Source: Vicinamibacterales bacterium (lineage in GTDB: Bacteria; Acidobacteriota; Vicinamibacteria; Vicinamibacterales; JAMQPK01). Taken from it: a stretch of 64,000 nucleotides of DNA. Numbering within the stretch: position 1 is the first letter of the stretch; every line of letters starts with the position of its first letter. The stretch lies in the NCBI GenBank assembly GCA_035281225.1, contig DATEEI010000117.1, forward strand, positions 62,720 to 126,719, written 5' to 3'. Of this stretch, positions 18,969-27,271 are shown piece by piece. A program made the translations under genes and the position numbers. The notes beneath the pieces are model-generated. The model saw only the letters and a program-made list of their open reading frames with translations. It did no database searches and had not been told where the DNA came from.

Positions 18969-19215
18969 AGAGATCACGTCCTCGCCTAGCTGTCCCGGCG
19001 ATCGCACGCGCTTGCACTGCGATCGAATGTGCGTGTATAAATGACGCTCCTGATGTCGTCACAGTCTCTGCGTCTCGTCCTCGCCGTTCTCGTCCTTACC
19101 AGGACGAGCGGGGACGTCCACGTGTAGGCACACGACGACGAACCCCGGCTCGACGAGCCGCGGGTTCATGGTGAATCCTCCGGCTGTCCAGCCCTTTCAC
19201 ACAAGGACACGCCGA

Positions 19216-20127
19216 ATGGAACCCCTCATTTACTTCAATCGCGAATTTCGAGCTGAGCGAGACGCGACCATCTCTGTGCGCTCGCGTGCCCTGAACTACG
19301 GTCTCGGATGCTTCGCCGGTATCCGTGGCTACAAGACCGACGACGGTCGTCAGGTCCATGTGTTTCGTCTCGATCGCCATATACGTCGCCTGGTGCAATC
19401 GGCGCGGATTCTGCGCCTCCGTCTGTCTGGGTCGGCGGCAGAAATCGCCGACGTCATTGTCGAACTTCTGCGGCGAAACGAGATGCGTGACGACGTGTAT
19501 ATTCGTCCGATCGTGTTCGCCAATTCGAACGAACTATCCCCGGTGCTGGACCCCGAGACCAGCGAAACAGCAATTTTCTGCATGCCGCTCGGACGTTACC
19601 TCTCTGCTGAGCCGATTGACGTGTGCGTGTCGAGTTGGTGCCGCGTGAGGGAGAACGCCATTCCCGCCCGCGCGAAGGCTACGGCCGGGTACCTCAACAG
19701 CGCGCTTGCTCGCCGGGAAGCCATGGACGACGGCTATATGGAAGCGATCTTGCTCACGGAGGACGGTCACGTCTCGGAAGGTTCGGCCGAACACGTATTT
19801 ATCGTGCGTGACGATCAACTGATTTCGCCGCCGAGCACGGCCGACAACCTCGACGGCATTACACGCCAGAGTCTCATCACGCTGGCGCGTGAGGATCTTG
19901 ACATCCCATTCGTGGAACGACCGATCGGGCGTACCGAGCTGTATGTCGCCGATGAAGTCTTCTTGTGCGGCACGGGCGCTGAGGTCACGCCAGTGCGTTC
20001 GGTTGATCGGCGCATCGTGGGCGACGGCGTCATCGGACCAGTCACGAAGCGACTGTCGGCGCATTTCGAATCGGTGGTTCGTGGTCGCGTGCCGGAGCGG
20101 TCCGCTTGGTTGACACCCGTCTGGTAG
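19216..20127 (+). CDS. ilvE: Branched-chain amino acid aminotransferase
   Basis: 'FNREFRAERDATISVRSRALNYGLGCFAGIRGY', 'AKATAGYLNSALARREA', 'LCGTGAEVTPV' are class IV aminotransferase blocks. AAGGA SD before the ATG at 19216. Confidence 0.85.
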   Translation: MEPLIYFNREFRAERDATISVRSRALNYGLGCFAGIRGYKTDDGRQVHVFRLDRHIRRLVQSARILRLRLSGSAAEIADVIVELLRRNEMRDDVYIRPIVFANSNELSPVLDPETSETAIFCMPLGRYLSAEPIDVCVSSWCRVRENAIPARAKATAGYLNSALARREAMDDGYMEAILLTEDGHVSEGSAEHVFIVRDDQLISPPSTADNLDGITRQSLITLAREDLDIPFVERPIGRTELYVADEVFLCGTGAEVTPVRSVDRRIVGDGVIGPVTKRLSAHFESVVRGRVPERSAWLTPVW

Positions 20128-20288
20128 CGCACAGGAATGTTGAACAGAGAACGGTATGACACGTGGGCGATGGGTGCGCTGATCTTCGCCTGTGGAACGA
20201 TGGTCACTTGATCCTCGGCCATGGTAGGCCGTCGATCAACCGGCCTTGTTCACGTTGAACGGGTTCGATTCCTATTAGGCTCACCACC

Positions 20289-20708
20289 TCAAGCGTCGAA
20301 AGGAAGCAGTCGGAACGACTTGCCACCTGAGCCCCTGAGCGCCCGGAAATGGCGCTCGTCCGTGCACAAGAGGTTCAACGTCCTGTGGCGGTTGGCGAGA
20401 ACGACGACCGACGCATCCGCCAATCCGATCCGAAGATCCGCGTACCGCTCCATGATTCGCTTGGCGTGGCCCATATCCTCAGACGAGAAGAGCTCGAGCT
20501 GGTACGCCCCGCGCGTGACCTCCTCGATGAGCGCCATCTGCGCCTGGTGGCCGACTCGATCTCCAATCAAGTAGTCCAGTTCCGCGAGAACAAAGGGAGA
20601 GATCACGCGCGGTGGCGTCGAGGCGACCAGTGCCGCGACGGTGCGGCCGTGCAGCGCTTCATTCGCGTCGAGCGCGGCGTAGAGCCCGCCTGTGTCCAAC
20701 ACGATCAC
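20289..20708 (-). CDS. vapC: PIN-domain toxin VapC
   Basis: 'MIVLDTGGLYAALD...', 'DASVVVLANR', 'LLCTDERHF' give the PIN acidic residues. ATGA overlap with the upstream antitoxin. Confidence 0.85.
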   Translation of the reverse strand: MIVLDTGGLYAALDANEALHGRTVAALVASTPPRVISPFVLAELDYLIGDRVGHQAQMALIEEVTRGAYQLELFSSEDMGHAKRIMERYADLRIGLADASVVVLANRHRTLNLLCTDERHFRALRGSGGKSFRLLPFDA

Positions 20709-20926
20709 CGGACGCCGAAGCCCTCCAGTGCGCGGTCGACATGCTCGGCAATCGACGGTCCGGTTGAACGGAAGAGCGGCAGCTTGGGGACCGGCGCGAC
20801 GGTTTCGCCAGTGAGCCGCGAGATCGCTTCGCGAAGCACCTCGGCCTCGCTACACCGGCGCTGCGCAGCAACTTTCTTCAAGGCTCGCTTGAGCTCGGGC
20901 GGGAGGTAGACCGTCGTTTTTGTCAT
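20705..20926 (-). CDS. vapB: Ribbon-helix-helix (CopG-type) antitoxin VapB
   Basis: 'TTVYLPPELKRALKKVAAQRRCSEAEVLREAI' is an RHH fold signature. Confidence 0.8.
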   Translation of the reverse strand: MTKTTVYLPPELKRALKKVAAQRRCSEAEVLREAISRLTGETVAPVPKLPLFRSTGPSIAEHVDRALEGFGVR

Positions 20927-21246
20927 ACCCTACATATACCATACATTCTGCTACCCACTGGGTGGCGTGGTGCCCAGGCGGTACAGGAACCGCTCATCAG
21001 GGTCGGCTGCCCAGGCTGGCGTCGCTCGTCCTCATCGCCGCCGCTGAAACGACGATCAGCACCTCAAACAGGTCAACACGAGATCAGAGCGCTTCAGCCG
21101 ATCACAATCGTCACACATGTAGCTTCTCGCGGTCGAAATTTACGTCCTTTTTTCCTCACCCTCCAACGCACGTCATCGTCCGTTCACAGCCGACGTCTAC
21201 TCTTGCGTGCATCGGTCACGTTCCGATCGATCGAGCCACACTGGAG

Positions 21247-22653
21247 ATGTCGATGCGTCGAATCATGTCTGCGATCTTTCTCGTCATGCTAGCGGTCTCA
21301 GCCACCTCGGCATCCGATGCCATTTTTCAGCTGAGCGGCTGGGCGGAGATCCCGTCCACCTATCGCCATCCCGGTCCGACTTCGGGTCAATTCACGACGC
21401 CGAACAACGGCGTGACACCGCCCTACGATGGCCAACCGATTCCAGGCTTCTCGGGCATGATCCCGGCACCGACGCCGGGCAGCTTCTTTGCGCTCCCCGA
21501 TAACGGGTTTGGCGCGCAAGGCAACAGCGCCGATTTCGTCCTCGGCTTCTACGAAGTCACGCCGACGTTCAAGACGGTCGCAGACGGCACCACCACGCCC
21601 GGGCCGGTTGCGGTGCACGCCTTTACGCCCTTCAGCGATCCATTCGGACTGCTCGATTCATCCTTTATTACTGGCGGGCCGGTCTACGAGCGGGACTTCT
21701 ACTACTCAACGGGACCGCAGATTCCGGTAGCACCCTCCATCAAGGCAGGAAACCTGCTGACCGGCGCCGATTTCGACGTGGAGTCCATCGCGCGGATGAA
21801 CGATGGCTCGTTCTGGGTGGGCGAAGAGTTCGGTCCTTACTTGCTGCACTTCAACGCGCAGGGTCAGCTTCTGAGCCGGCCGGTTCGCCATCCCGTGCTG
21901 CGCGCACCGCAGAATCCGGACAACGTCACGATGGGTCCTTTCAATCTCCCGAGCTCACGCGGATTCGAGGCGATGACCCGCAACGCCGACGGCAGCAAGC
22001 TGTACGTGACAACCGAAGCGTCGATTCTCGCAGAGCCCGATAAGCGGCTGCTGGAGATCTACGAGTTCGACACCGTCGCCGGACGCTATACAGGCAAGAC
22101 GTTCACGTATGCGAAGGACAGCTCGGACTTCATCACGGGCGCCGTCAACAACGCCACGAACATCTTCGTGACGGGCGACATGACGCATGTGGCGGACGAC
22201 CGCTACATCATGATCGAGCGAGACGATTTCCAGGGCCCACCGAGCATCTCCAATCCGCCGCGCCAGAAGAAGTTGTACCTCTTCGACTTGAACGAGCAAG
22301 ACGCCAACGGCGTGTTGGGGAAACGGCTGCTCGTCGATCTGCTCGATATCGAAGATCCAGAGGACATCGGCGGCCCGCTTCCGGAGATCCCCGACGACAC
22401 GTTCAGCTTCCCCCTGCAATCGGTCGAATCTGTCACGCCGATTGACGCGTTCACATTGCTCGTCGGCCTCGACAACAACTACCCTGGCGGAAACGGCCGC
22501 ATTCCGGGCACACCAGACGACACCGAGATCATCACCATTCGCTCGAAGGTGCCACTCCGCACGCTGCATGTGCAGCCCTGCAAAGAGGCCAGCATCGGCG
22601 CTCGCAACGGCTTCCCACACGGCAACGGCGACAAGAACCAGGACTGCCGATGA
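21247..22653 (+). CDS. Secreted esterase-like-activity-of-phytase family protein
   Basis: Start moved to 21247 (signal 'MSMRRIMSAIFLVMLAVSATSA'). 'DVESIARMNDGSFWVGEEFGPYLLHFNAQGQLL' is typical of the phytase-like esterase family. Confidence 0.7.
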   Translation: MSMRRIMSAIFLVMLAVSATSASDAIFQLSGWAEIPSTYRHPGPTSGQFTTPNNGVTPPYDGQPIPGFSGMIPAPTPGSFFALPDNGFGAQGNSADFVLGFYEVTPTFKTVADGTTTPGPVAVHAFTPFSDPFGLLDSSFITGGPVYERDFYYSTGPQIPVAPSIKAGNLLTGADFDVESIARMNDGSFWVGEEFGPYLLHFNAQGQLLSRPVRHPVLRAPQNPDNVTMGPFNLPSSRGFEAMTRNADGSKLYVTTEASILAEPDKRLLEIYEFDTVAGRYTGKTFTYAKDSSDFITGAVNNATNIFVTGDMTHVADDRYIMIERDDFQGPPSISNPPRQKKLYLFDLNEQDANGVLGKRLLVDLLDIEDPEDIGGPLPEIPDDTFSFPLQSVESVTPIDAFTLLVGLDNNYPGGNGRIPGTPDDTEIITIRSKVPLRTLHVQPCKEASIGARNGFPHGNGDKNQDCR

Positions 22654-22890
22654 TCGCCAAGACCAAAGGGACAACAACACGCGAGCGGATTGTCATCGTG
22701 GTCGTCGTGCTCGCACTGTCGTGGCTGGCTGCGGCAAAGGAGCGACGCGAGACACGAGAACAGCGGAGGTTGACGTCGTTCACGTCGGTGTCGCCTGAAG
22801 GCGGCCTGTTTGTCACGCGGGGTCGCTACTGTAAATCGGCGCATCGCTCAGCAGGACCACCCACTGTTGAAAAGTTGCGCGTGTTGGATA

Positions 22891-22917
22891 GGCCGGCCGT
22901 CCCGAGGGCGGCCGGCC
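22891..22917. terminator. GC-rich hairpin between convergent genes (possible bidirectional terminator)
   Basis: GGCCGGCCG-tcccgaggg-CGGCCGGCC, perfect 9-bp stem. It lies downstream of both the phytase-like gene (+) and phoU (-). No clear U-tract. Confidence 0.45.
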
Positions 22918-22949
22918 ACTTTGTGAGCACGGTGGCTGTCCCTCCGGGC

Positions 22950-23690
22950 TCAGACGGGAAACACGCGGGAGTCCTTTCGGCGTTCGATCGTCGGGACGCC
23001 CGCCTGATTCGTCGTGGCGATGGGCTTGGCGGAAGCGTGGCGGACGTCTCGCCCCTCGACGATGAGAATCACGTCCTCCGCGATATTCGTGGCGTGATCG
23101 CCGACGCGCTCCAAGTGACGCGACATGAGAATGAGGTCGACGCCAGGTTCGATCGTCCGCGGATCCCCCAGCATGTGCGTGAGCACCTCACGGAAGACTT
23201 GATTTTTTAGCGCATCCAGCCAGTCGTCCTCTCTCAATACAGTTTTGGCAAGACTCACGTCATTCGAGAGAAACGCGTCGAGCGCTTCGCGCAGCATCTT
23301 GAGCGCCAGGTCCCCCATTCGCGGCAAATCGATCAGTGGCTTGACTGGTGGGTGCAAGAGATAGCGCTGCGCCACCTCGCTGATGTTTACGGCGAGGTCT
23401 CCGATGCGCTCCAGGTCGGCGCTGATTCTCGGAGTCGACACGAGCATTCGCAGATCGAGCGCGACAGGTTGATGCAGGGCGAGGAGGATGAAGCATCGAT
23501 TATCGATCTCCATCTGGAGATCGTCGATACGAACATCGGCGGCAATGACGTCGGCCAGCAAGAACTCATTGCGATCGACGAGGCCTCGCATGGCTCGGCG
23601 CAAATGATCTTCCGCCAATCCACCCATCGCCAGGAGGCGTGTCCTTAGCTCTTCGAGCTCGTGGGCAACGTGGCGGCGATCTTCATTCAT
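22950..23690 (-). CDS. phoU: Phosphate signalling complex protein PhoU
   Basis: Start moved to the ATG at 23690. Duplicated PhoU repeats 'ADLERIGDLAVNISE' and 'RHLERVGDHATNIAEDV'. Confidence 0.85.
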   Translation of the reverse strand: MNEDRRHVAHELEELRTRLLAMGGLAEDHLRRAMRGLVDRNEFLLADVIAADVRIDDLQMEIDNRCFILLALHQPVALDLRMLVSTPRISADLERIGDLAVNISEVAQRYLLHPPVKPLIDLPRMGDLALKMLREALDAFLSNDVSLAKTVLREDDWLDALKNQVFREVLTHMLGDPRTIEPGVDLILMSRHLERVGDHATNIAEDVILIVEGRDVRHASAKPIATTNQAGVPTIERRKDSRVFPV

Positions 23691-23877
23691 CGCGTCCTCG
23701 TGGCAATCGCGCTGGAGGGCCTGCGAACGTTGCGTCAAGTCCAGTGGCTGGGCTCATGCGCCGTGCCATCATGACGCGATGGCGTTACGTTCCTGTTACG
23801 AACGTCATACACCCCCCTGGCTAATGATTCCCGTCGACGGGATTGCACGCGAGCGGCGCCCGTGAGACGATCAGGCC

Positions 23878-24099
23878 ATGCCTTCGAGTCCGCTTCCCGA
23901 ACTCCTCAAGCTTCCCGCCGGCGATCGGGCTGAACTTGCGATGGCCTTGTGGGAGAGCCTGGCAGACGCCGAACGTGAAGCCGAACTTCAGCTGACCGAC
24001 GGGCAACGAGACGAACTTGATCGTCGCTGGGCCGAACACATCGCGAACCCGGGCTCAGCCGTCGCTTGGTCCGCTGTACGCTCCAAGTTGTTGGGTTAG
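23878..24099 (+). CDS. Putative addiction-module antitoxin component (TIGR02574-like)
   Basis: 'LLKLPAGDRAELAMALWESL...LTDGQRDELDRRWAEHIANPGSAVAWSAV' matches the 'addiction module component' pattern. No intact toxin follows. Confidence 0.7.
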   Translation: MPSSPLPELLKLPAGDRAELAMALWESLADAEREAELQLTDGQRDELDRRWAEHIANPGSAVAWSAVRSKLLG

Positions 24100-24200
24100 C
24101 CGTGGCGCGGCAAGCCTTGGTAGCGCGCACCCGCGCGCTGCTGATTCGATCGTTCATCCGCAAGTTCGACACGGATGCGTAGACGTTCATCGGGCCATCG

Positions 24201-24542
24201 GTGTCGGCGATGAAGGTGCCGAACGCGGATCGCGCGATCATTGCCGCGGACAAGCTCACCAGCTACGTGCTGAATGTGTCACACAAGCGGGGCGGCCCGA
24301 AGGCGAGATTGCTCCTGAGCGTCGGCTATCGTTCGGACAATCCGCACTCGCTGGAGTCGGACCTGCGCGTTCAGCACCTTTCGCTCGATGTGGCCCGCAC
24401 GCATGCGAATGCGTACGGCGTGGTCTACGAGATTGAGGGGCCGATCAAGACGCCCGGCGGCAGGAGTGTCCGCTTCTGCTCGGTCTGGCAGATTGATACT
24501 GGCACCGACGTGCCGCGATTCATTACCATGTACCCGAGGTAG
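24201..24542 (+). CDS. DUF6883-like protein
   Basis: 'MKVPNADRAIIAADKLTSYVLNVSHKRGGPKARLL...SVWQIDTGTDVPRFITMYP' matches the DUF6883 pattern as I recall it. The likely start is the ATG at 24210. Confidence 0.6.
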   Translation: MSAMKVPNADRAIIAADKLTSYVLNVSHKRGGPKARLLLSVGYRSDNPHSLESDLRVQHLSLDVARTHANAYGVVYEIEGPIKTPGGRSVRFCSVWQIDTGTDVPRFITMYPR

Positions 24543-24545
24543 GCC

Positions 24546-24788
24546 ATGCCCTTCGAGATGTACGGCGACGTGATCCTGACCCGCGACGTCACCGAGCACG
24601 GACTCCGTGCTGGCGATGTCGGAACGGTCGTGGAACGACACGCCGCGCCCGGTGTCCCCGAGGAAGGCTACTCCGTCGAGTTTTTCGACATGACCGGGAA
24701 CACGGTGACCATGGCGACGCTGCCAGCAAGCGCCCTGCGCCTGCCCACGCCAGCCGATCGGCCGGCTGTGCGCGCTCTCAGCGCCTGA
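24546..24788 (+). CDS. DUF4926-like protein
   Basis: 'DVILTRDVTEHGLRAGDVGTVVERH...YSVEFFDMTGNTVTMATLPASAL' is the DUF4926 pattern. It starts 3 nt after the DUF6883 stop. Confidence 0.65.
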   Translation: MPFEMYGDVILTRDVTEHGLRAGDVGTVVERHAAPGVPEEGYSVEFFDMTGNTVTMATLPASALRLPTPADRPAVRALSA

Positions 24789-24814
24789 GCTCTCGGATCG
24801 CACAGGTGATGCCG

Positions 24815-25225
24815 TCAGACCGCGTAGGCCGCATTGATCGCGGCGCTGTTGCAGAACTCCTGAAAGCGCGTCACTCGCCCGTTCTGCAGCGTGAACACCA
24901 TCGCGAAATCCGAATCGAAGCGTTTCTTCACCGGCGTCGTGGCGGTGTAGTGCCCGAGCGCCACGACCTGGTCGCCGGTGGCGATGAACGTCGTCGGCTC
25001 GAACCGCGAGAATTTGATGTTCTCCGCGACCTGCGTGAAGAACTCGGCGACCGCCGCCTTGCCGCGCCGTTCACCCGCGGTCGGAACGTGGGATCCTGCC
25101 CCGTATACCGCCGTCCAGACAATGTCGTCGGCAAATTTCGAGAGCATCGTCTGAATATCGCCCCGGCTGAACGCCGCGTACGTCTCCTGGACGACCTTGG
25201 TGTTGCGTGCTTCCTCCATTGACAT
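24815..25225 (-). CDS. SnoaL/NTF2-like (ketosteroid isomerase-like) protein
   Basis: 'VVQETYAAFSRGDIQTMLSKFADDIVW...' is a typical NTF2-fold N-terminus; 136 aa. Confidence 0.8.
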   Translation of the reverse strand: MSMEEARNTKVVQETYAAFSRGDIQTMLSKFADDIVWTAVYGAGSHVPTAGERRGKAAVAEFFTQVAENIKFSRFEPTTFIATGDQVVALGHYTATTPVKKRFDSDFAMVFTLQNGRVTRFQEFCNSAAINAAYAV

Positions 25226-25302
25226 CTCCGTTTCACCTCCACAGCCATCTACGGAGCGTGGCCGCGAACGGATGTCGCCCGAAAGGAATGGTGTCGACGA
25301 AT

Positions 25303-26103
25303 TTACAGAGCCGCCCCCGGTGAGCCGATCAGGTAGAACGCACCGGTCGGCGCCGGCAGCCCCCCGGCGGGCTCAATCGTCACCGCCACAGCCGTGGGAG
25401 GCGGAATATCCGGTGGGGTTTCGAAGAAGATCAAATCTCCACCCGCCACGTCCGGCGTCAACAGTCCGGCGCTCACCGGCCCCGGCTGCGTGACGACCCA
25501 TACCTGGTACACCTGTCCAGCAGGCAGAGGAGGTAGAGCGGCCGCAGTAAAGATCATGCCGCGGGCGCGACTCCACAGCGCGCGGCCGCGGGCCCGCGGC
25601 GCCGCGGGCTGTCCCGTCAGGTCGATGCGCACTAAATCGGGGGCCGCCAGCACGCTCATCGAAACCTGTAATTCCGCACCAACACGGCGCGCCACGCCAA
25701 CCGCCCGATCGGCCGCGGATGCCTGCACGAGCGCCTGCTGCAGCCGCACCTCCAGGTCGTCCACTCGGATCTGAAGCCTGGCCGCATGGACGCCAGCACC
25801 AACCGCCACGATCAGAGTTGCCGCCAGCGGAAGCCAGGTACGCCACCGATTTTCCACCGCCGACGACTTTGTGTGCGTCGCCGGTCCGCCTGTCAGCGAT
25901 TGGAGGACACGCCGACGCAACTCCGGCGGCGGTAGCGGCTGCGGGACGCTTCGGGCCACGGCCACTGCCACTCGACGGAGAGAACGCACCTCACCCGCAC
26001 ACTCGTCGCATTCAGCGAGGTGGGCCTCGAAGGAAGCGCGGTCCCCCGCATCGAGGCTGTCGAGCGCATACGCGCTCGCGTCGTCTTTTAGATCGCTATG
26101 CAC
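25303..26103 (-). CDS. Zinc-binding anti-sigma factor with RskA-type extracytoplasmic domain
   Basis: GTG start. zf-HC2 'HLAECDECAGEV', one TM ('WLPLAATLIVAVGAGV'), C-terminal 'YQVWVV...AVTIEPAGG' RskA-like. Confidence 0.8.
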   Translation of the reverse strand: MHSDLKDDASAYALDSLDAGDRASFEAHLAECDECAGEVRSLRRVAVAVARSVPQPLPPPELRRRVLQSLTGGPATHTKSSAVENRWRTWLPLAATLIVAVGAGVHAARLQIRVDDLEVRLQQALVQASAADRAVGVARRVGAELQVSMSVLAAPDLVRIDLTGQPAAPRARGRALWSRARGMIFTAAALPPLPAGQVYQVWVVTQPGPVSAGLLTPDVAGGDLIFFETPPDIPPPTAVAVTIEPAGGLPAPTGAFYLIGSPGAAL

Positions 26104-26150
26104 AGCCGGAGCTCTCGTCTTCGTACATTACGTGTGCCGGACGCGTTTGG

Positions 26151-26753
26151 ATGGAACTCGGATTGACAAGCCCCGCAGTGCGCTACAATGACGCCGCTTT
26201 GAAGCCCGAGTCGGACTTTGTGCTCCTCGAGCGGATCGCGGCGCGCGATGAGGCGGCCGTGGGCGAGCTGTACGACCGCCACAGTCGGCTGCTGTACGGC
26301 CTGATTCTGCGCATCCTGCGCGACCGCGGCGAAGCGGAAGAAGTGCTGCAAGAGGTGTTCGTCTCGGTGTGGAACCGGGTTGCCACATATAACGCGGGGC
26401 TCGGCCCCCCGGCGGCGTGGCTGGTCGGCATCGCGCGTAACCGCGCGATCGATCGCCTTCGCGCGAACAGCGCCCGCAGTCGCGCGATCGCATCGGTCCG
26501 CGTCGAGGTGGAATCGCGCGAGAATCCGGAGAGGGACGCCTCGCTCGGTGAGGAACAGAGGGCGATACGGCATGCCCTTGACGCCATCCCACCTGAGCAG
26601 CGCGACCTGATCGAGGAGGCATACTTCCTCGGATTGACGCATTCCGAGCTTGCGGAACGACACAAGCTGCCGCTCGGCACGGTGAAGACCCGTATTCGCA
26701 CCGGACTCCTGGCGCTTCGCGAGCAGCTTTCACAGATCGGTGTTGAGCAATGA
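26151..26753 (+). CDS. ECF-type RNA polymerase sigma factor
   Basis: Start moved to the ATG at 26151. Region 2 'LYDRHSRLLYGLILRILRDRGEAEEVLQEVFVSVW'; region 4 'QRDLIEEAYFLGLTHSELAERHKLPLGTVKTRI'. Confidence 0.9.
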   Translation: MELGLTSPAVRYNDAALKPESDFVLLERIAARDEAAVGELYDRHSRLLYGLILRILRDRGEAEEVLQEVFVSVWNRVATYNAGLGPPAAWLVGIARNRAIDRLRANSARSRAIASVRVEVESRENPERDASLGEEQRAIRHALDAIPPEQRDLIEEAYFLGLTHSELAERHKLPLGTVKTRIRTGLLALREQLSQIGVEQ

Positions 26754-27235
26754 GTGACGATTCCAAATCGGATGTGGTCGAGTTCGATCCGCTGCTGTCG
26801 CTGGCGCTTGCGGGCGTAGCCGGCGGCGACGCGGCACCACGACCCGAGGTCAAACGGCGACTGATGGACGCGCTGTCGGCTCCGCCTGTACCTGATGGAT
26901 TCTCATTCCGGTTTGCCGCAGACGCGGATTGGCTGCCTCATCCGGTGCCCGGCATTCGCATGAAGGTGCTCGCGCTGAACCGCGCAGCCGGCTATACCAC
27001 GCTCCTCCTCGACGTCGCTCCGGGCACACGATTCCCGGCGCATCATCACCGCGCCGCCGAGGAATGCTATGTGCTGTCCGGCAGCCTGTACACCTGCGGT
27101 CGGCGGCTGGCGGCGGGCGATTTCGTGCACGCGGACGCCAATACCGATCACGGTGAGCTCTGGACCGAGGAAGGGTGCCGCGTCCTGCTCGTGGTTCCGC
27201 CCGAGGATTACCTGCCCGAGCCGCCGCGACCATAA
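26750..27235 (+). CDS. ChrR-type cupin domain protein (anti-sigma C-terminal domain only)
   Basis: ATGA overlap with the sigma stop. 'PGIRMKVL...LLLDVAPGTRFPAHHHRAAEECYVLSGSL...GDFVHADANTDHG' is the ChrR cupin pattern. There is no N-terminal H/C zinc motif. Confidence 0.7.
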   Translation: MSDDSKSDVVEFDPLLSLALAGVAGGDAAPRPEVKRRLMDALSAPPVPDGFSFRFAADADWLPHPVPGIRMKVLALNRAAGYTTLLLDVAPGTRFPAHHHRAAEECYVLSGSLYTCGRRLAAGDFVHADANTDHGELWTEEGCRVLLVVPPEDYLPEPPRP

Positions 27236-27271
27236 ATCCATCCGGGCAGACGCTGCGTATGTGTAGCAGCG

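Noticed and set aside
19140-19167. Hairpin upstream of ilvE as a stand-alone intrinsic terminator
   Set aside because: It has no U-tract and lies upstream of a gene rather than after one. It is retained only as part of the speculative attenuator.
22650-23210. 186-aa ORF starting with an ATGA overlap at the phytase-like gene stop (N-terminus has one TM-like segment)
   Set aside because: It runs through the convergent terminator hairpin and antisense into phoU. There is no SD or motif. At most a short N-terminal peptide could be real, which I cannot support.
25719-26150. N-terminal extension of the ECF sigma ORF
   Set aside because: It overlaps the divergent anti-sigma gene and is Pro/Arg-rich. 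Sigma region 2 begins shortly after the ATG at 26151.
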